A DNA stretch of 64,000 bases from Dehalococcoidia bacterium (GTDB lineage: Bacteria; Chloroflexota; Dehalococcoidia; Lucifugimonadales; Lucifugimonadaceae), in contig JAPYUX010000001.1 in assembly GCA_029940375.1 (NCBI GenBank), positions 184,362 through 248,361 on the forward strand, given 5' to 3'. The notes beneath the pieces are model-generated. The model did no database searches, was not told the origin of the DNA, and saw only the letters and a program-made list of their open reading frames with translations. The position numbers and the translations under genes were made by a program. The stretch's first letter is position 1. Every line of letters starts with the position of its first letter. This document shows positions 39,063 to 47,300 of the stretch, piece by piece.

Positions 39063-39407
39063 CTAATACTCATTTGTATCAAAAACCATATTCATCTCAG
39101 TCCATGAATCAAGTTTACCAGATTCCAGTTTCTTACCCAATTTACTCATAATAGTGGACCATTCTTTGACTTTCGGAATAGGAGGTTCTATATGAATCCC
39201 ATCACTAAGATCAAAATCATTGTCCACCTCTAATAACATAACTAATTTATTTTCGTTGTTATATATTCTCATTCTACCTATAGGTCTATTTGTTAGGTCA
39301 TTTATCACTTCTGGCCACACATTTTCATGATAGTTAATATAATCTTGAATAATTGATGGATTTTCTTCTAAAGCCATATTAAGCACTAACATTTTTTTTT
39401 CTGTCAT
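39063..39407 (-). CDS. L-rhamnose mutarotase (RhaM/YiiL, DUF718)-like protein
   Basis: …YINYHENVWPEV…, …MLLEV…, …W..EM..VF pattern parallels E. coli YiiL. Confidence 0.75.
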   Translation of the reverse strand: MTEKKMLVLNMALEENPSIIQDYINYHENVWPEVINDLTNRPIGRMRIYNNENKLVMLLEVDNDFDLSDGIHIEPPIPKVKEWSTIMSKLGKKLESGKLDSWTEMNMVFDTNEY

Positions 39408-39961
39408 TTTCTTCCTTATTCATTTCTGAAATATATTATCTTGATCTTTTATCATAGTAAGGATTTTATCAGAATAAATTAAAAAGAAATCCACCTATAA
39501 CTTATATGTTTGTTAATGGTTTGGGGTTAGATTCCCTTATATTAAGCCATAAACTAATCTCAAAAACTTATAGTTTATTAATTTATAATAAAAAAATAAG
39601 TGAAAAAATGGCACAAGATAAAACTTTTATTTTTAATACAGTAAAAGAGGCAAAAGTGGATTATGTTTTAAAAGGTTGATCCATAGATCTTGATCAAGAA
39701 GATACAGTGGTAGTTTAAAACAAAGAAAAATATCACACCTCCTACATGCAATCTTAACTTTAGCTACTGGATTTTGGGGAATAGTTTGGCTCAATATTAT
39801 TTTGACCAAAAGTACTGAGAGACACATTATCACCTTTGATAAAGAAACTAAAGTTGTAAATATTCAAGCTTATGATTAAAACTGTCATTGAATTATTGGA
39901 GACGATGAAACGTTAGACACCCTGTAGTTAAGCCGATAAATATTTTATAGTTGTAATTATT

Positions 39962-41110
39962 ATGAAAACTTTATTTTTTATATCCATTTTTACTTTTCAA
40001 TTTGTTAGTTGTTATACACCTAATCAGAATTATGAAATCATTAGTAATTTTCAAGATTATGAAATAATAAATCAAGATGAAATAAGACTTGAAAAAATTG
40101 ATCTTACAAAAACTTTTGATAATCCATGGGCAATCGAAATTCTTGAATCTGATGATTTGCTAGTAAGTGAAAAATATGGAAAAATAACCTTTGTAAATCA
40201 CATTACAAAAGAACACCATTTAGTTTCTCATAATATTCCATCACTGAAAGTAGGTCAGGGAGGTTTGCTTGATTTATTAGTACACGAAAACTATCTATAT
40301 GTTTCATTTACTAAAGATAATGGAGATGGACATTACACTACAGCTATCGGACGAGGAGAATTTACCTTTCCCTATAGACAAGTTAATAATTTTAAGATTA
40401 TCTTTGAAGCAATTCCTTACTTTTCAGATACTAAGCATTTTGGATCAATATTAGTCATCAAAGATGATCACTTATACGCTTCTATAGGAGAGCGAGGACA
40501 GGGTATCATTGCTCAAGAATTAGATTCTCATGCTGGAAGTATCATAAGAATAAATCTTGATGGTTCTGTTGCAGATAATCCAAAAAATGTTAGTACTATC
40601 CTTCCAGAATTATTTATGGTTGGTGTGAGAAACCCTCAAGGAATGTCAATTTCACCTAATGGTAGAATTTTCATTTCAAATCATGGTGCTAAGGGAGGAG
40701 ATTTTATAGGAGAAGTTGTTGGTGGAGAAAATTATGGATGGAATAAAATTGGTTGGGGAGGAACAAACTATACAGGAACTAAAATTGGCGATGGGGATAG
40801 TTTTTCTGATGAATTTATGCTTCCTATAATTTCTTGGGTTCCATCTATAGCTCCTGGAGACATGATATTTTACAGTGGAGATGAATTCTTAGGTTGGGAT
40901 CAAAATCTTCTTGTGACATCCCTAAAATACAAACTTCTAGTCAAGCTAGAGATGCGCAAAGGAAAGGTAGTAAAAAAGCAAATAATTTTCAAGGATAAGA
41001 TAGGAAGATTAAGGGATATTGAAGTAAATAGTAATGGTGAAATTTACTTGATAACTGATGAAAAACAATCTTATATATGGCGTTTGACAAGTGCACAAAA
41101 TAATCGATGA
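39962..41110 (+). CDS. PQQ-dependent soluble sugar (glucose/sorbosone) dehydrogenase-like beta-propeller lipoprotein
   Basis: Lipobox FVSC; …GQGGLLDL…, …GVRNPQGM…, …NHGAKGGD…ENYGWN…. Confidence 0.8.
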   Translation: MKTLFFISIFTFQFVSCYTPNQNYEIISNFQDYEIINQDEIRLEKIDLTKTFDNPWAIEILESDDLLVSEKYGKITFVNHITKEHHLVSHNIPSLKVGQGGLLDLLVHENYLYVSFTKDNGDGHYTTAIGRGEFTFPYRQVNNFKIIFEAIPYFSDTKHFGSILVIKDDHLYASIGERGQGIIAQELDSHAGSIIRINLDGSVADNPKNVSTILPELFMVGVRNPQGMSISPNGRIFISNHGAKGGDFIGEVVGGENYGWNKIGWGGTNYTGTKIGDGDSFSDEFMLPIISWVPSIAPGDMIFYSGDEFLGWDQNLLVTSLKYKLLVKLEMRKGKVVKKQIIFKDKIGRLRDIEVNSNGEIYLITDEKQSYIWRLTSAQNNR

Positions 41111-41149
41111 TTTGCTTTCATTGGTAATTATTAAGCTGGGCAAATTAGT

Positions 41150-41171
41150 AGGTATATAGACATATATACCT
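41150..41171. other. 9-bp perfect inverted repeat hairpin (AGGTATATA-GACA-TATATACCT)
   Basis: Read directly; lies 40 nt after the PQQ-dehydrogenase stop; followed by an A-run, not a T-run, so terminator function is uncertain. Confidence 0.3.
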
Positions 41172-41181
41172 AAAAACAAAA

Positions 41182-41215
41182 AATAAAAAGATCAGGACAT
41201 TAGTTTTGAATTAAT
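41182..41215 (+). repeat. Direct repeat copy 1 (AATAAAAAGATCAGGACATTAGTTTTGAATTAAT)
   Basis: About 90% identical to 41621-41654; the two copies flank the SHOCT-like gene. Confidence 0.8.
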
Positions 41216-41238
41216 TATTTGCTTGATATCATTTAGAA

Positions 41239-41625
41239 ATGCAAAAAATATTTTTAAAAGAAAATAAAGAATTAAGAATTAGAATTTTATTAATTCTTTT
41301 TACTATATTAATATTTGTTACTACAATTTTTGTCAGTGGTAAATACATTGAAGCTGAAGAACCTTCCAAGTTGGAAAAGAATTCTCTGACAACCGAAGAG
41401 GTAATGATTTATCAATTAAAAGAAGCAGTCTTGGAGGGCAAGTTAACTGAAGAACAAGCTATATTAAAATGGAAACTATCTCAAGCAATCTCAGAAGAAT
41501 TAATAACTAAAGAACAAGCTATATTAAAATGGGAACTATCTCAAGCAATCTCAAAAGGATTAATAACTAAAGAACAAGCTGTATTAAAATACGAACTACA
41601 TCAAACTACAGGATATAGAAAATAA
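41239..41625 (+). CDS. Membrane-anchored protein with three SHOCT-like repeats
   Basis: One N-terminal TM; repeats GKLTEEQAILKWKL / ELITKEQAILKWEL / GLITKEQAVLKYEL resemble the SHOCT G-x-I-T-x-E-E motif. Confidence 0.55.
   Translation: MQKIFLKENKELRIRILLILFTILIFVTTIFVSGKYIEAEEPSKLEKNSLTTEEVMIYQLKEAVLEGKLTEEQAILKWKLSQAISEELITKEQAILKWELSQAISKGLITKEQAVLKYELHQTTGYRK
41441..41605 (+). repeat. In-frame 60-bp tandem repeat (about 2.7 copies) inside the SHOCT-like gene
   Basis: 41461-41520 and 41521-41580 differ at only a few positions; partial copies on both sides. Confidence 0.9.
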
Positions 41626-41654
41626 AAAAGATCATGACATTAGCTTTGAATTGA
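41621..41654 (+). repeat. Direct repeat copy 2 (AATAAAAAAGATCATGACATTAGCTTTGAATTGAT)
   Basis: Overlaps the stop codon of the SHOCT-like gene; see copy 1. Confidence 0.8.
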
Positions 41655-41679
41655 TCAAAAACATCAAAAAATCATAGGT

Positions 41680-42480
41680 ATGAATAGAATTATTCTTAGT
41701 AGAAAGGGTTTTGATTCCTCTGCTGGTGGAACAGCATCTCCTATATTTTCTGATGGAAAACTTTTTTCAATACCAATTCCTCAAAAATTTCCATCCCCAA
41801 CTAGATACCAAGATTTAAAATTTAATGGAATGACAGGAAAGGATATTTTAAAAGAATCATCTGTAAAGTCTGTATTACCACATAACTATTGTCACTATGA
41901 TCCACTTTTGTCAGAAGAAATTGGAATATTTGGTCAAGCAAGTTCATCTCAAACAGAATTAAAAAATAATAAAGTTAGTTCAGAAGATTTGTTTTTATTT
42001 TTTGGTTGGTTCAAGGAGCTTACTAAAAAAGGTAAAGATCTTCATCATTTATTTGGATGGTTACAGATAGAGAATATTATTGAAGGAGATATTAAAATAA
42101 AAGATTTTTTGGATAAATTTAATATTCAGCATCCTCATGGTTATGGGGACACATCGAGATATACAAATAACGCAATATATATTGCTAAAAAAAATTTAAC
42201 TTTAAATCAAAAATCTTTACCTATAAGTGGACATGGACTTTTCAAAAAAACACATAAAGATTTAATTTTAACTGCAAAAGGAAGTTCAAGATCAAGATGG
42301 GAATTACCCAAAATGTATTTTTTAGAATCAAATAATATTTTCTTAAATAGACTCAGTTGGAAAGATGAATCCAATTGCCGAGTTGATTGTATTGGTCAAG
42401 GTCAAGAATATATCTTGAATGCTGAAGATAATCCAAAAATAGTAGAATGGGCAGTTAATTTGATTAAAACTCATGGATAA
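41680..42480 (+). CDS. Hypothetical protein (266 aa), conserved-looking N-terminus ILSRKGFDSSAGGTASPI, family not recognised
   Basis: Uninterrupted ORF; ends 58 nt from a tRNA pair. Confidence 0.6.
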   Translation: MNRIILSRKGFDSSAGGTASPIFSDGKLFSIPIPQKFPSPTRYQDLKFNGMTGKDILKESSVKSVLPHNYCHYDPLLSEEIGIFGQASSSQTELKNNKVSSEDLFLFFGWFKELTKKGKDLHHLFGWLQIENIIEGDIKIKDFLDKFNIQHPHGYGDTSRYTNNAIYIAKKNLTLNQKSLPISGHGLFKKTHKDLILTAKGSSRSRWELPKMYFLESNNIFLNRLSWKDESNCRVDCIGQGQEYILNAEDNPKIVEWAVNLIKTHG

Positions 42481-42538
42481 AAAATGTTGATAAATGTAGA
42501 GAACATCTCAAACCATAATTTAGTGTCCGTAACGCTTT

Positions 42539-42615
42539 TGGTACCCCGTACCGGATTTGAACCGGTGATCTCCACCTTGAGAGGGTGGCGTGTTAGGCCG
42601 CTACACCAACGGGGC
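42539..42615 (-). tRNA. tRNA-Glu (anticodon CUC), CCA encoded
   Basis: Reverse complement folds as a cloverleaf: GCCCCGT/ACGGGGT acceptor, anticodon stem CCACC-CTCTCAA-GGTGG, T-arm ACCGG-TTCAAAT-CCGGT. Confidence 0.9.
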
Positions 42616-42616
42616 A

Positions 42617-42690
42617 TGGCTGCCGATCCAGGATTCGAACCTGGGCTCTCAGATTCAGAGTCTGATGTCCTACCGCTAGACTAATCGGCA
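42617..42690 (-). tRNA. tRNA-Gln (anticodon CUG), CCA encoded
   Basis: Reverse complement: TGCCGAT/ATCGGCA acceptor (U1-A72), anticodon stem TCAGA-CTCTGAA-TCTGA, T-arm CCAGG-TTCGAAT-CCTGG; 1-nt spacer to tRNA-Glu. Confidence 0.9.
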
Positions 42691-42720
42691 TCACCGATTA
42701 CTATTTTACTATATTTGATT

Positions 42721-43926
42721 CTAAACTATTGATTGATTAACGACTGTCCTAAGTTCGCTTCTAAGTGCATCTCTTTCAAGAAAATCCATTATCTGAGTCA
42801 TAAAAACCACATTGATTTTCTCCACTGGATCAACCCAAAATGCAGTACCAGCTGCTCCACCCCATGCGAATTCTCCTAAAGAACTAATATTCTTATTCCT
42901 CACAGGATCAATTACCACAGAGCCACCTAAACTGAACCCAATTCCTTCAAAAAGAGTCTCGCTCCATCTACCTTTAGCAATTTGAGATAAATCAACATTT
43001 TTTTCTAGTTGATTAGACATCATCAATTCAGTAGTTTTTTTCCCTAAAATGGTAGTTCCATTTATAGTTCCTTTATTCTGGAGCATGTTACAAAATTTCA
43101 TGTAATCATCAATTGTTGATAATAATCCACCTCCACCAGAAAAACTTTTAGGAGTATTAGAAAAAGCACTTGATTGAGAGTCATCAGAGAGTTTATAACC
43201 TCCATTTTTTTCATCGCATACATAACAACTTGCAAAACGATCTTTTTTTTCTTCAGTAATTGTGAAGAATGTATCATTCATATCAAGTGGGTCTAGAATT
43301 GTTTCTTTGAAAAACTCGAACAAAGTTTTATTGGTTAATCTCTGTATTATGAATCCTAAAATATCTGTTGAAATAGAATAATTAAAATGTTCTCCAGGAG
43401 AAAATTCTAATGGAATATCGGCTAAAATTTTAATATATTCATCGGGATCCAATTTATTTCCTTGAGCTATCATTATGTCTTTATCTCTATACATTTCATC
43501 AACAGGAGTTTCATTTGTAAAATGGTAAGTTAAACCTGATCTATGAGTTAATAAATCATGTATAAGCATTTTTCTGTTTGGCGCTTTTGTTTTGAAATTA
43601 TTTTTATCTCCTGATTCATAAACTTTCATATTCTTCCATTCAGGAATAAATTTTTCTACTTCATCACTTAAATGAATTAATCCCTTTTCAAATAATGACA
43701 TGATACAAACACTGGTTATAGGCTTAGTCATAGAGTAAATTCTGAAGATGGTATCCCTATTAATAGGTTTTTTTCTTTCAATATCCATAAACCCTTTTTC
43801 GAAATAACCCACCTCTTCATTATTTTGAGAAATCAAAATTGAAGACCCTGGTAAATGTTCTGCAATGTATTTATCTAATAAATATTTATTTAGATAATTT
43901 AATTTTTTTGGTAGTATTTTAGACAT
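42721..43926 (-). CDS. Serine hydrolase, beta-lactamase/D-aminopeptidase/esterase (class C-like) family
   Basis: SxxK motif in IYSMTKPITS; YxN-like …FNYS…; length 401 aa. Confidence 0.85.
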   Translation of the reverse strand: MSKILPKKLNYLNKYLLDKYIAEHLPGSSILISQNNEEVGYFEKGFMDIERKKPINRDTIFRIYSMTKPITSVCIMSLFEKGLIHLSDEVEKFIPEWKNMKVYESGDKNNFKTKAPNRKMLIHDLLTHRSGLTYHFTNETPVDEMYRDKDIMIAQGNKLDPDEYIKILADIPLEFSPGEHFNYSISTDILGFIIQRLTNKTLFEFFKETILDPLDMNDTFFTITEEKKDRFASCYVCDEKNGGYKLSDDSQSSAFSNTPKSFSGGGGLLSTIDDYMKFCNMLQNKGTINGTTILGKKTTELMMSNQLEKNVDLSQIAKGRWSETLFEGIGFSLGGSVVIDPVRNKNISSLGEFAWGGAAGTAFWVDPVEKINVVFMTQIMDFLERDALRSELRTVVNQSIV

Positions 43927-44381
43927 TATATTTCGTCGTAATCTCCGTATTTATTCTCCGATTTTATACTTGGTTTACACCAAAAAACTATTAAAATTAT
44001 TACACCAACAAATCCCACTAAATTAAATAAACCAATTATGGTATTAGGATTTTGAGTACTTGTAGGCGCCAAAAATTCCGAAACTTGAATCATATAAACA
44101 GGAAATAAAATCAATTGCCACCACCCGGTTTTGTTTATGTCATGTAGGCGTCTTGAAGCTACAGCTAGTGAAGGAGGCAAAAGTGCTAAAAATCCTAAAA
44201 ATTGAAAAATTCCAACAAATGAACCCGATAATATACTTCTTGCAGCCGTATCTAATAAAAGTGTAATAAACGATACTATAAAACTAAATAAAGCAAACCA
44301 CCAAAATTCAGACCTTTCCGATCTTCCGTGGAAATTTTTATAGTGTGTAAGACATTTAATAACTGCAATTTTAAAATTCAT
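43926..44381 (-). CDS. DUF805-family inner-membrane protein
   Basis: …GRSERSEFWWFALF… and …RRLHDINKTGWW… signatures. Confidence 0.75.
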   Translation of the reverse strand: MNFKIAVIKCLTHYKNFHGRSERSEFWWFALFSFIVSFITLLLDTAARSILSGSFVGIFQFLGFLALLPPSLAVASRRLHDINKTGWWQLILFPVYMIQVSEFLAPTSTQNPNTIIGLFNLVGFVGVIILIVFWCKPSIKSENKYGDYDEI

Positions 44382-44397
44382 TTATTTCCGCATATTT

Positions 44398-44649
44398 CTA
44401 GGAGATAAAAATCTCCTCGATTTGATCAGCTAAATTGTAATCTTTTTCAGTAATGGAGTTCTCAGAATGAGTAAATAATACTATTTCAACTTTATTATAA
44501 ACATTTGTAATATTTGGATGGTGATCTTCCTTTTCAGCTATTTGAGCTATCTTATTTATGAATTCAATAGCAATTAAAAAGGAATCACATTCATAAGATC
44601 TAAATAATTTATTATTTTTAATTTCCCAATTATGTGGTAACTTGCTCAA
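44398..44649 (-). CDS. Pterin-4-alpha-carbinolamine dehydratase
   Basis: …EKEDHHPNITNVYNKVEIVLFTHS… (DHHP core). Confidence 0.8.
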   Translation of the reverse strand: MSKLPHNWEIKNNKLFRSYECDSFLIAIEFINKIAQIAEKEDHHPNITNVYNKVEIVLFTHSENSITEKDYNLADQIEEIFIS

Positions 44650-44707
44650 TCTTTGTTTTCTCCTATAATGATTGTATTAATTCTATTTTATTTATAAAGG
44701 ATTTCAA

Positions 44708-45631
44708 ATGATAGCTGAAGACATTAAAGATTTTAAGGGTTTTTTTCCTGCGAACCCTACTCCTGTGTTTCAAGGAGAGGGAATTAGGGAAGATGCTTTA
44801 AGAGCAATTTTAGAATATGACATCAAAAATGGAGCAGGAGGTTTTTGGTTAGCAGGGACAACAGGAGAGGGACCAATATTAAGTGAAATACAGCGTCGTG
44901 AAACAGCAGAGATAGCAGCAGATGTTTGTAAGGGGAGAGTCAAAACAATTATGCATGTCGGAGGAATTACAACAGAACTTTCGATAGCAGGAGCAAAGGC
45001 CGCTAAAGATTCTGGTTGTGACGCAATTTGCCTTTTACCACCTTTTTTATATCCTACGGATGAACAAGGTGTTATTGATTTTTATAAAGAAGTTTCAGAT
45101 GCATGCGAAAATCTTCCGTTTTTTGTCTATAACTTACCACAAATAACAGGAATTGAATTTGTTCCCGGTAGAGCAAATGCACCTGGGCAAGTATCTATGG
45201 ATAAAGTAATTACTGAAATTCCCAATGTAGCAGGTTTGAAACATTCTGCAGCTAATCAGGCTCTTATTCCTGTTTTTGCCTCTATGGGCCTTGCATGTTT
45301 TTCTGGAAATGGCTTTTTACCTTTGCCTTCTTTAACTTTAGGTGCAGTTGGGACCGTTGATGCTCCATTGTCAATAATTCCTAAGGTTTATAACGATTTA
45401 TATAATGCATGGATAGCTGGAGATATTAAATTAGCTGAAGAAAAACAAAAAGAAGTAACTACAAAAATCAGTGTATTGAAATCTTATAACTCAGCTGCTG
45501 ATGCTTCAAAGGCTCTATTATCTGAAATTCTTGAAATTGATTGTGGGAGGTCAATTTTACCTAATAGAAGACTTACAGATTCTGAGATTAAAGAACTTAT
45601 TTCTAGAGCAAAAGAAGTTGAACTAATTTAA
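44708..45631 (+). CDS. Dihydrodipicolinate synthase/N-acetylneuraminate lyase-family class I aldolase
   Basis: …LAGTTGEGPILS…, …YNLP…, Schiff-base lysine block AGLKHSA. Confidence 0.8.
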   Translation: MIAEDIKDFKGFFPANPTPVFQGEGIREDALRAILEYDIKNGAGGFWLAGTTGEGPILSEIQRRETAEIAADVCKGRVKTIMHVGGITTELSIAGAKAAKDSGCDAICLLPPFLYPTDEQGVIDFYKEVSDACENLPFFVYNLPQITGIEFVPGRANAPGQVSMDKVITEIPNVAGLKHSAANQALIPVFASMGLACFSGNGFLPLPSLTLGAVGTVDAPLSIIPKVYNDLYNAWIAGDIKLAEEKQKEVTTKISVLKSYNSAADASKALLSEILEIDCGRSILPNRRLTDSEIKELISRAKEVELI

Positions 45632-46071
45632 TAATTGCATACCATCTCAACTAGATTTTCTGCATATGTTGTAGAGGATTCTATTCTTGCTTCAGCTTGA
45701 TCAATATTATTTACTGTTAGGACTCCAAAGATTATAGGTTTGTTTTTTTCAAGGCTTACTTTTTGTATGCCATAAGTAGTATTTTCAGCTATATATTTAT
45801 AATGATCCGTTTCACCTTTTATTAAGCATCCTATGGCAATGATTCCATCAATATCTTTTTCTAGTATTTTATTACATGCTAATGGGATTTCAAATGATCC
45901 TGGGACAGTATAATTTATGATATTTTTAACCCCTAATTCTTTCAATCTTTTCTCACTGTGGATGGCCATTTTTTCTGTAATGACAGAATTGAATCTTGCT
46001 CTTACTATAGCAACTTTTATTTCTGAAGGATCATTAATGAAATCTACCAATTTTCCAGGTTCTTTATTCAA
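45628..46071 (-). CDS. ribH: 6,7-dimethyl-8-ribityllumazine synthase
   Basis: …VARFN…, …VPGSFEIP…, …AIGCLIKGETDHY…FGVLT…. Confidence 0.9.
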   Translation of the reverse strand: MNKEPGKLVDFINDPSEIKVAIVRARFNSVITEKMAIHSEKRLKELGVKNIINYTVPGSFEIPLACNKILEKDIDGIIAIGCLIKGETDHYKYIAENTTYGIQKVSLEKNKPIIFGVLTVNNIDQAEARIESSTTYAENLVEMVCNY

Positions 46072-47296
46072 TATGATGTCCCATTTTTGAACTTTTTATT
46101 TTTAAATATTCTTTGTTTTCAGGTCTCTCACTTGTATTTAGAGGAACTGTTGACAGTATCTCTAATCCAAAGCCTTCAAGACCTACAACTTTTTTGGGAT
46201 TATTAGTTAGAAGATCAAATTTTCTAACTCCTAAATCCCGTAATATTTGAGCTCCAATTCCGTAACTTCTAAGATCCATTGGGAATCCAAGAGACAAATT
46301 AGCATCAACGGTGTCTAAACCTGTATCTTGTAAGCTATATGCTTTGATTTTATTTAATAATCCAATTCCTCTGCCTTCCTGTCTCATATAGACCAACACA
46401 CCAGATTTAGAATTTGAAATTTTTTCTAAAGCTGATTCTAATTGATCTCCACAATCGCATCTTATTGAACCCAATATGTCTCCAGTTGAGCATTCTGAAT
46501 GAACCCTGACGAGAGCTGGTTTATTTGGATCAATTTCACCTTTTACTAATGCGATTGGTTCTGATTTATCTACTGATGATTTGAATGCATAGACTTTGAA
46601 ATTTCCATATTTTGTCGGCAAATTTGCACTAGCTATTTTTTCAATAAGTTTTTCTTTAGCTATGCGATATGCGATGATATCTTCTATAGATACCATTGGT
46701 AATTTGTATTTTTTTGAGATTATTATCAAATCATCTCCTCTAGCCATAGTCCCATCTTCATTCATGACCTCACATATGACTGCAGCAGGAGTTTTACCAG
46801 ATAATTTAGCAAGATCAACAGATCCTTCCGTATGTCCAGCTCGAACTAAAACTCCTCCTTCTTGATATTTAAGAGGAAAAATATGTCCTGGTTTTACAAA
46901 ATCCAAAGGCTTAGAATTTGGATTACTTAATTTTTGTACAGTAGTAGCTCTATCTTTTGCAGAAATTCCTGACTCTATTCCTTTAGATGCATCAACAGAT
47001 ACTGTGAAAGCCGTATTCATTGACTCTGTATTTTGAATAACCATAGGGTCAAGGTCTAAATTTCTAACTATTTCACCTGAAAGAGGACAGCAAATTAATC
47101 CTCTAGCTACGGTTGCCATAAAATTAATATCTTGAGGGTTACAATCTTGAGCAGGTAAAGCTATGTCACCTTCATTTTCACGACCTTCGTCATCGACAAT
47201 TATTACCATTTTCCCTTTTTTAAAGTTTTCTATGGCTTTTTCCACAGAATCCATCTGTTTATTTGAGGGCCCTTTTGTATTTAATTTTTTATCCAT
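46064..47296 (-). CDS. ribBA: Bifunctional 3,4-dihydroxy-2-butanone-4-phosphate synthase / GTP cyclohydrolase II
   Basis: …DDEGRENEGD…, …RAGHTEGSVDL…, Zn-Cys block HSECSTGD…CDCG, …MRQEGRGIGL…. Confidence 0.9.
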   Translation of the reverse strand: MDKKLNTKGPSNKQMDSVEKAIENFKKGKMVIIVDDEGRENEGDIALPAQDCNPQDINFMATVARGLICCPLSGEIVRNLDLDPMVIQNTESMNTAFTVSVDASKGIESGISAKDRATTVQKLSNPNSKPLDFVKPGHIFPLKYQEGGVLVRAGHTEGSVDLAKLSGKTPAAVICEVMNEDGTMARGDDLIIISKKYKLPMVSIEDIIAYRIAKEKLIEKIASANLPTKYGNFKVYAFKSSVDKSEPIALVKGEIDPNKPALVRVHSECSTGDILGSIRCDCGDQLESALEKISNSKSGVLVYMRQEGRGIGLLNKIKAYSLQDTGLDTVDANLSLGFPMDLRSYGIGAQILRDLGVRKFDLLTNNPKKVVGLEGFGLEILSTVPLNTSERPENKEYLKIKSSKMGHHIE

Positions 47297-47300
47297 AACA

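Noticed and set aside
39691-39693. In-frame TGA ahead of the start-less membrane-protein-like frame as recoding (Sec, or TGA as a sense codon)
   Set aside because: TGA is clearly used as a stop for well-supported genes in this window, for example at 41108-41110, 23365-23367 and 54751-54753. No SECIS-like hairpin follows, so decay is the simpler explanation.
41441-41605. Tandem repeats here and at 54613-54675 as a possible CRISPR array
   Set aside because: The units are contiguous with no spacers and lie in frame within ORFs. They encode repeated peptide motifs, and no cas genes are present.
41182-41654. The 34-nt direct repeats as integron attC sites, or as tRNA-Gln/Glu 3'-end duplications
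   Set aside because: There is no internal imperfect inverted-repeat structure or RYYYAAC/GTTRRRY cores, no intI gene and only two copies. Similarity to the tRNA 3' ends (GATC-AGGA, TTTGAA) is short and gapped, which is not convincing in AT-rich DNA.
42484-42684. 66-aa plus-strand ORF in the track
   Set aside because: It is entirely antisense to the tRNA-Glu and tRNA-Gln genes. Its G+C-rich, stop-free stretch is explained by the tRNA sequences.
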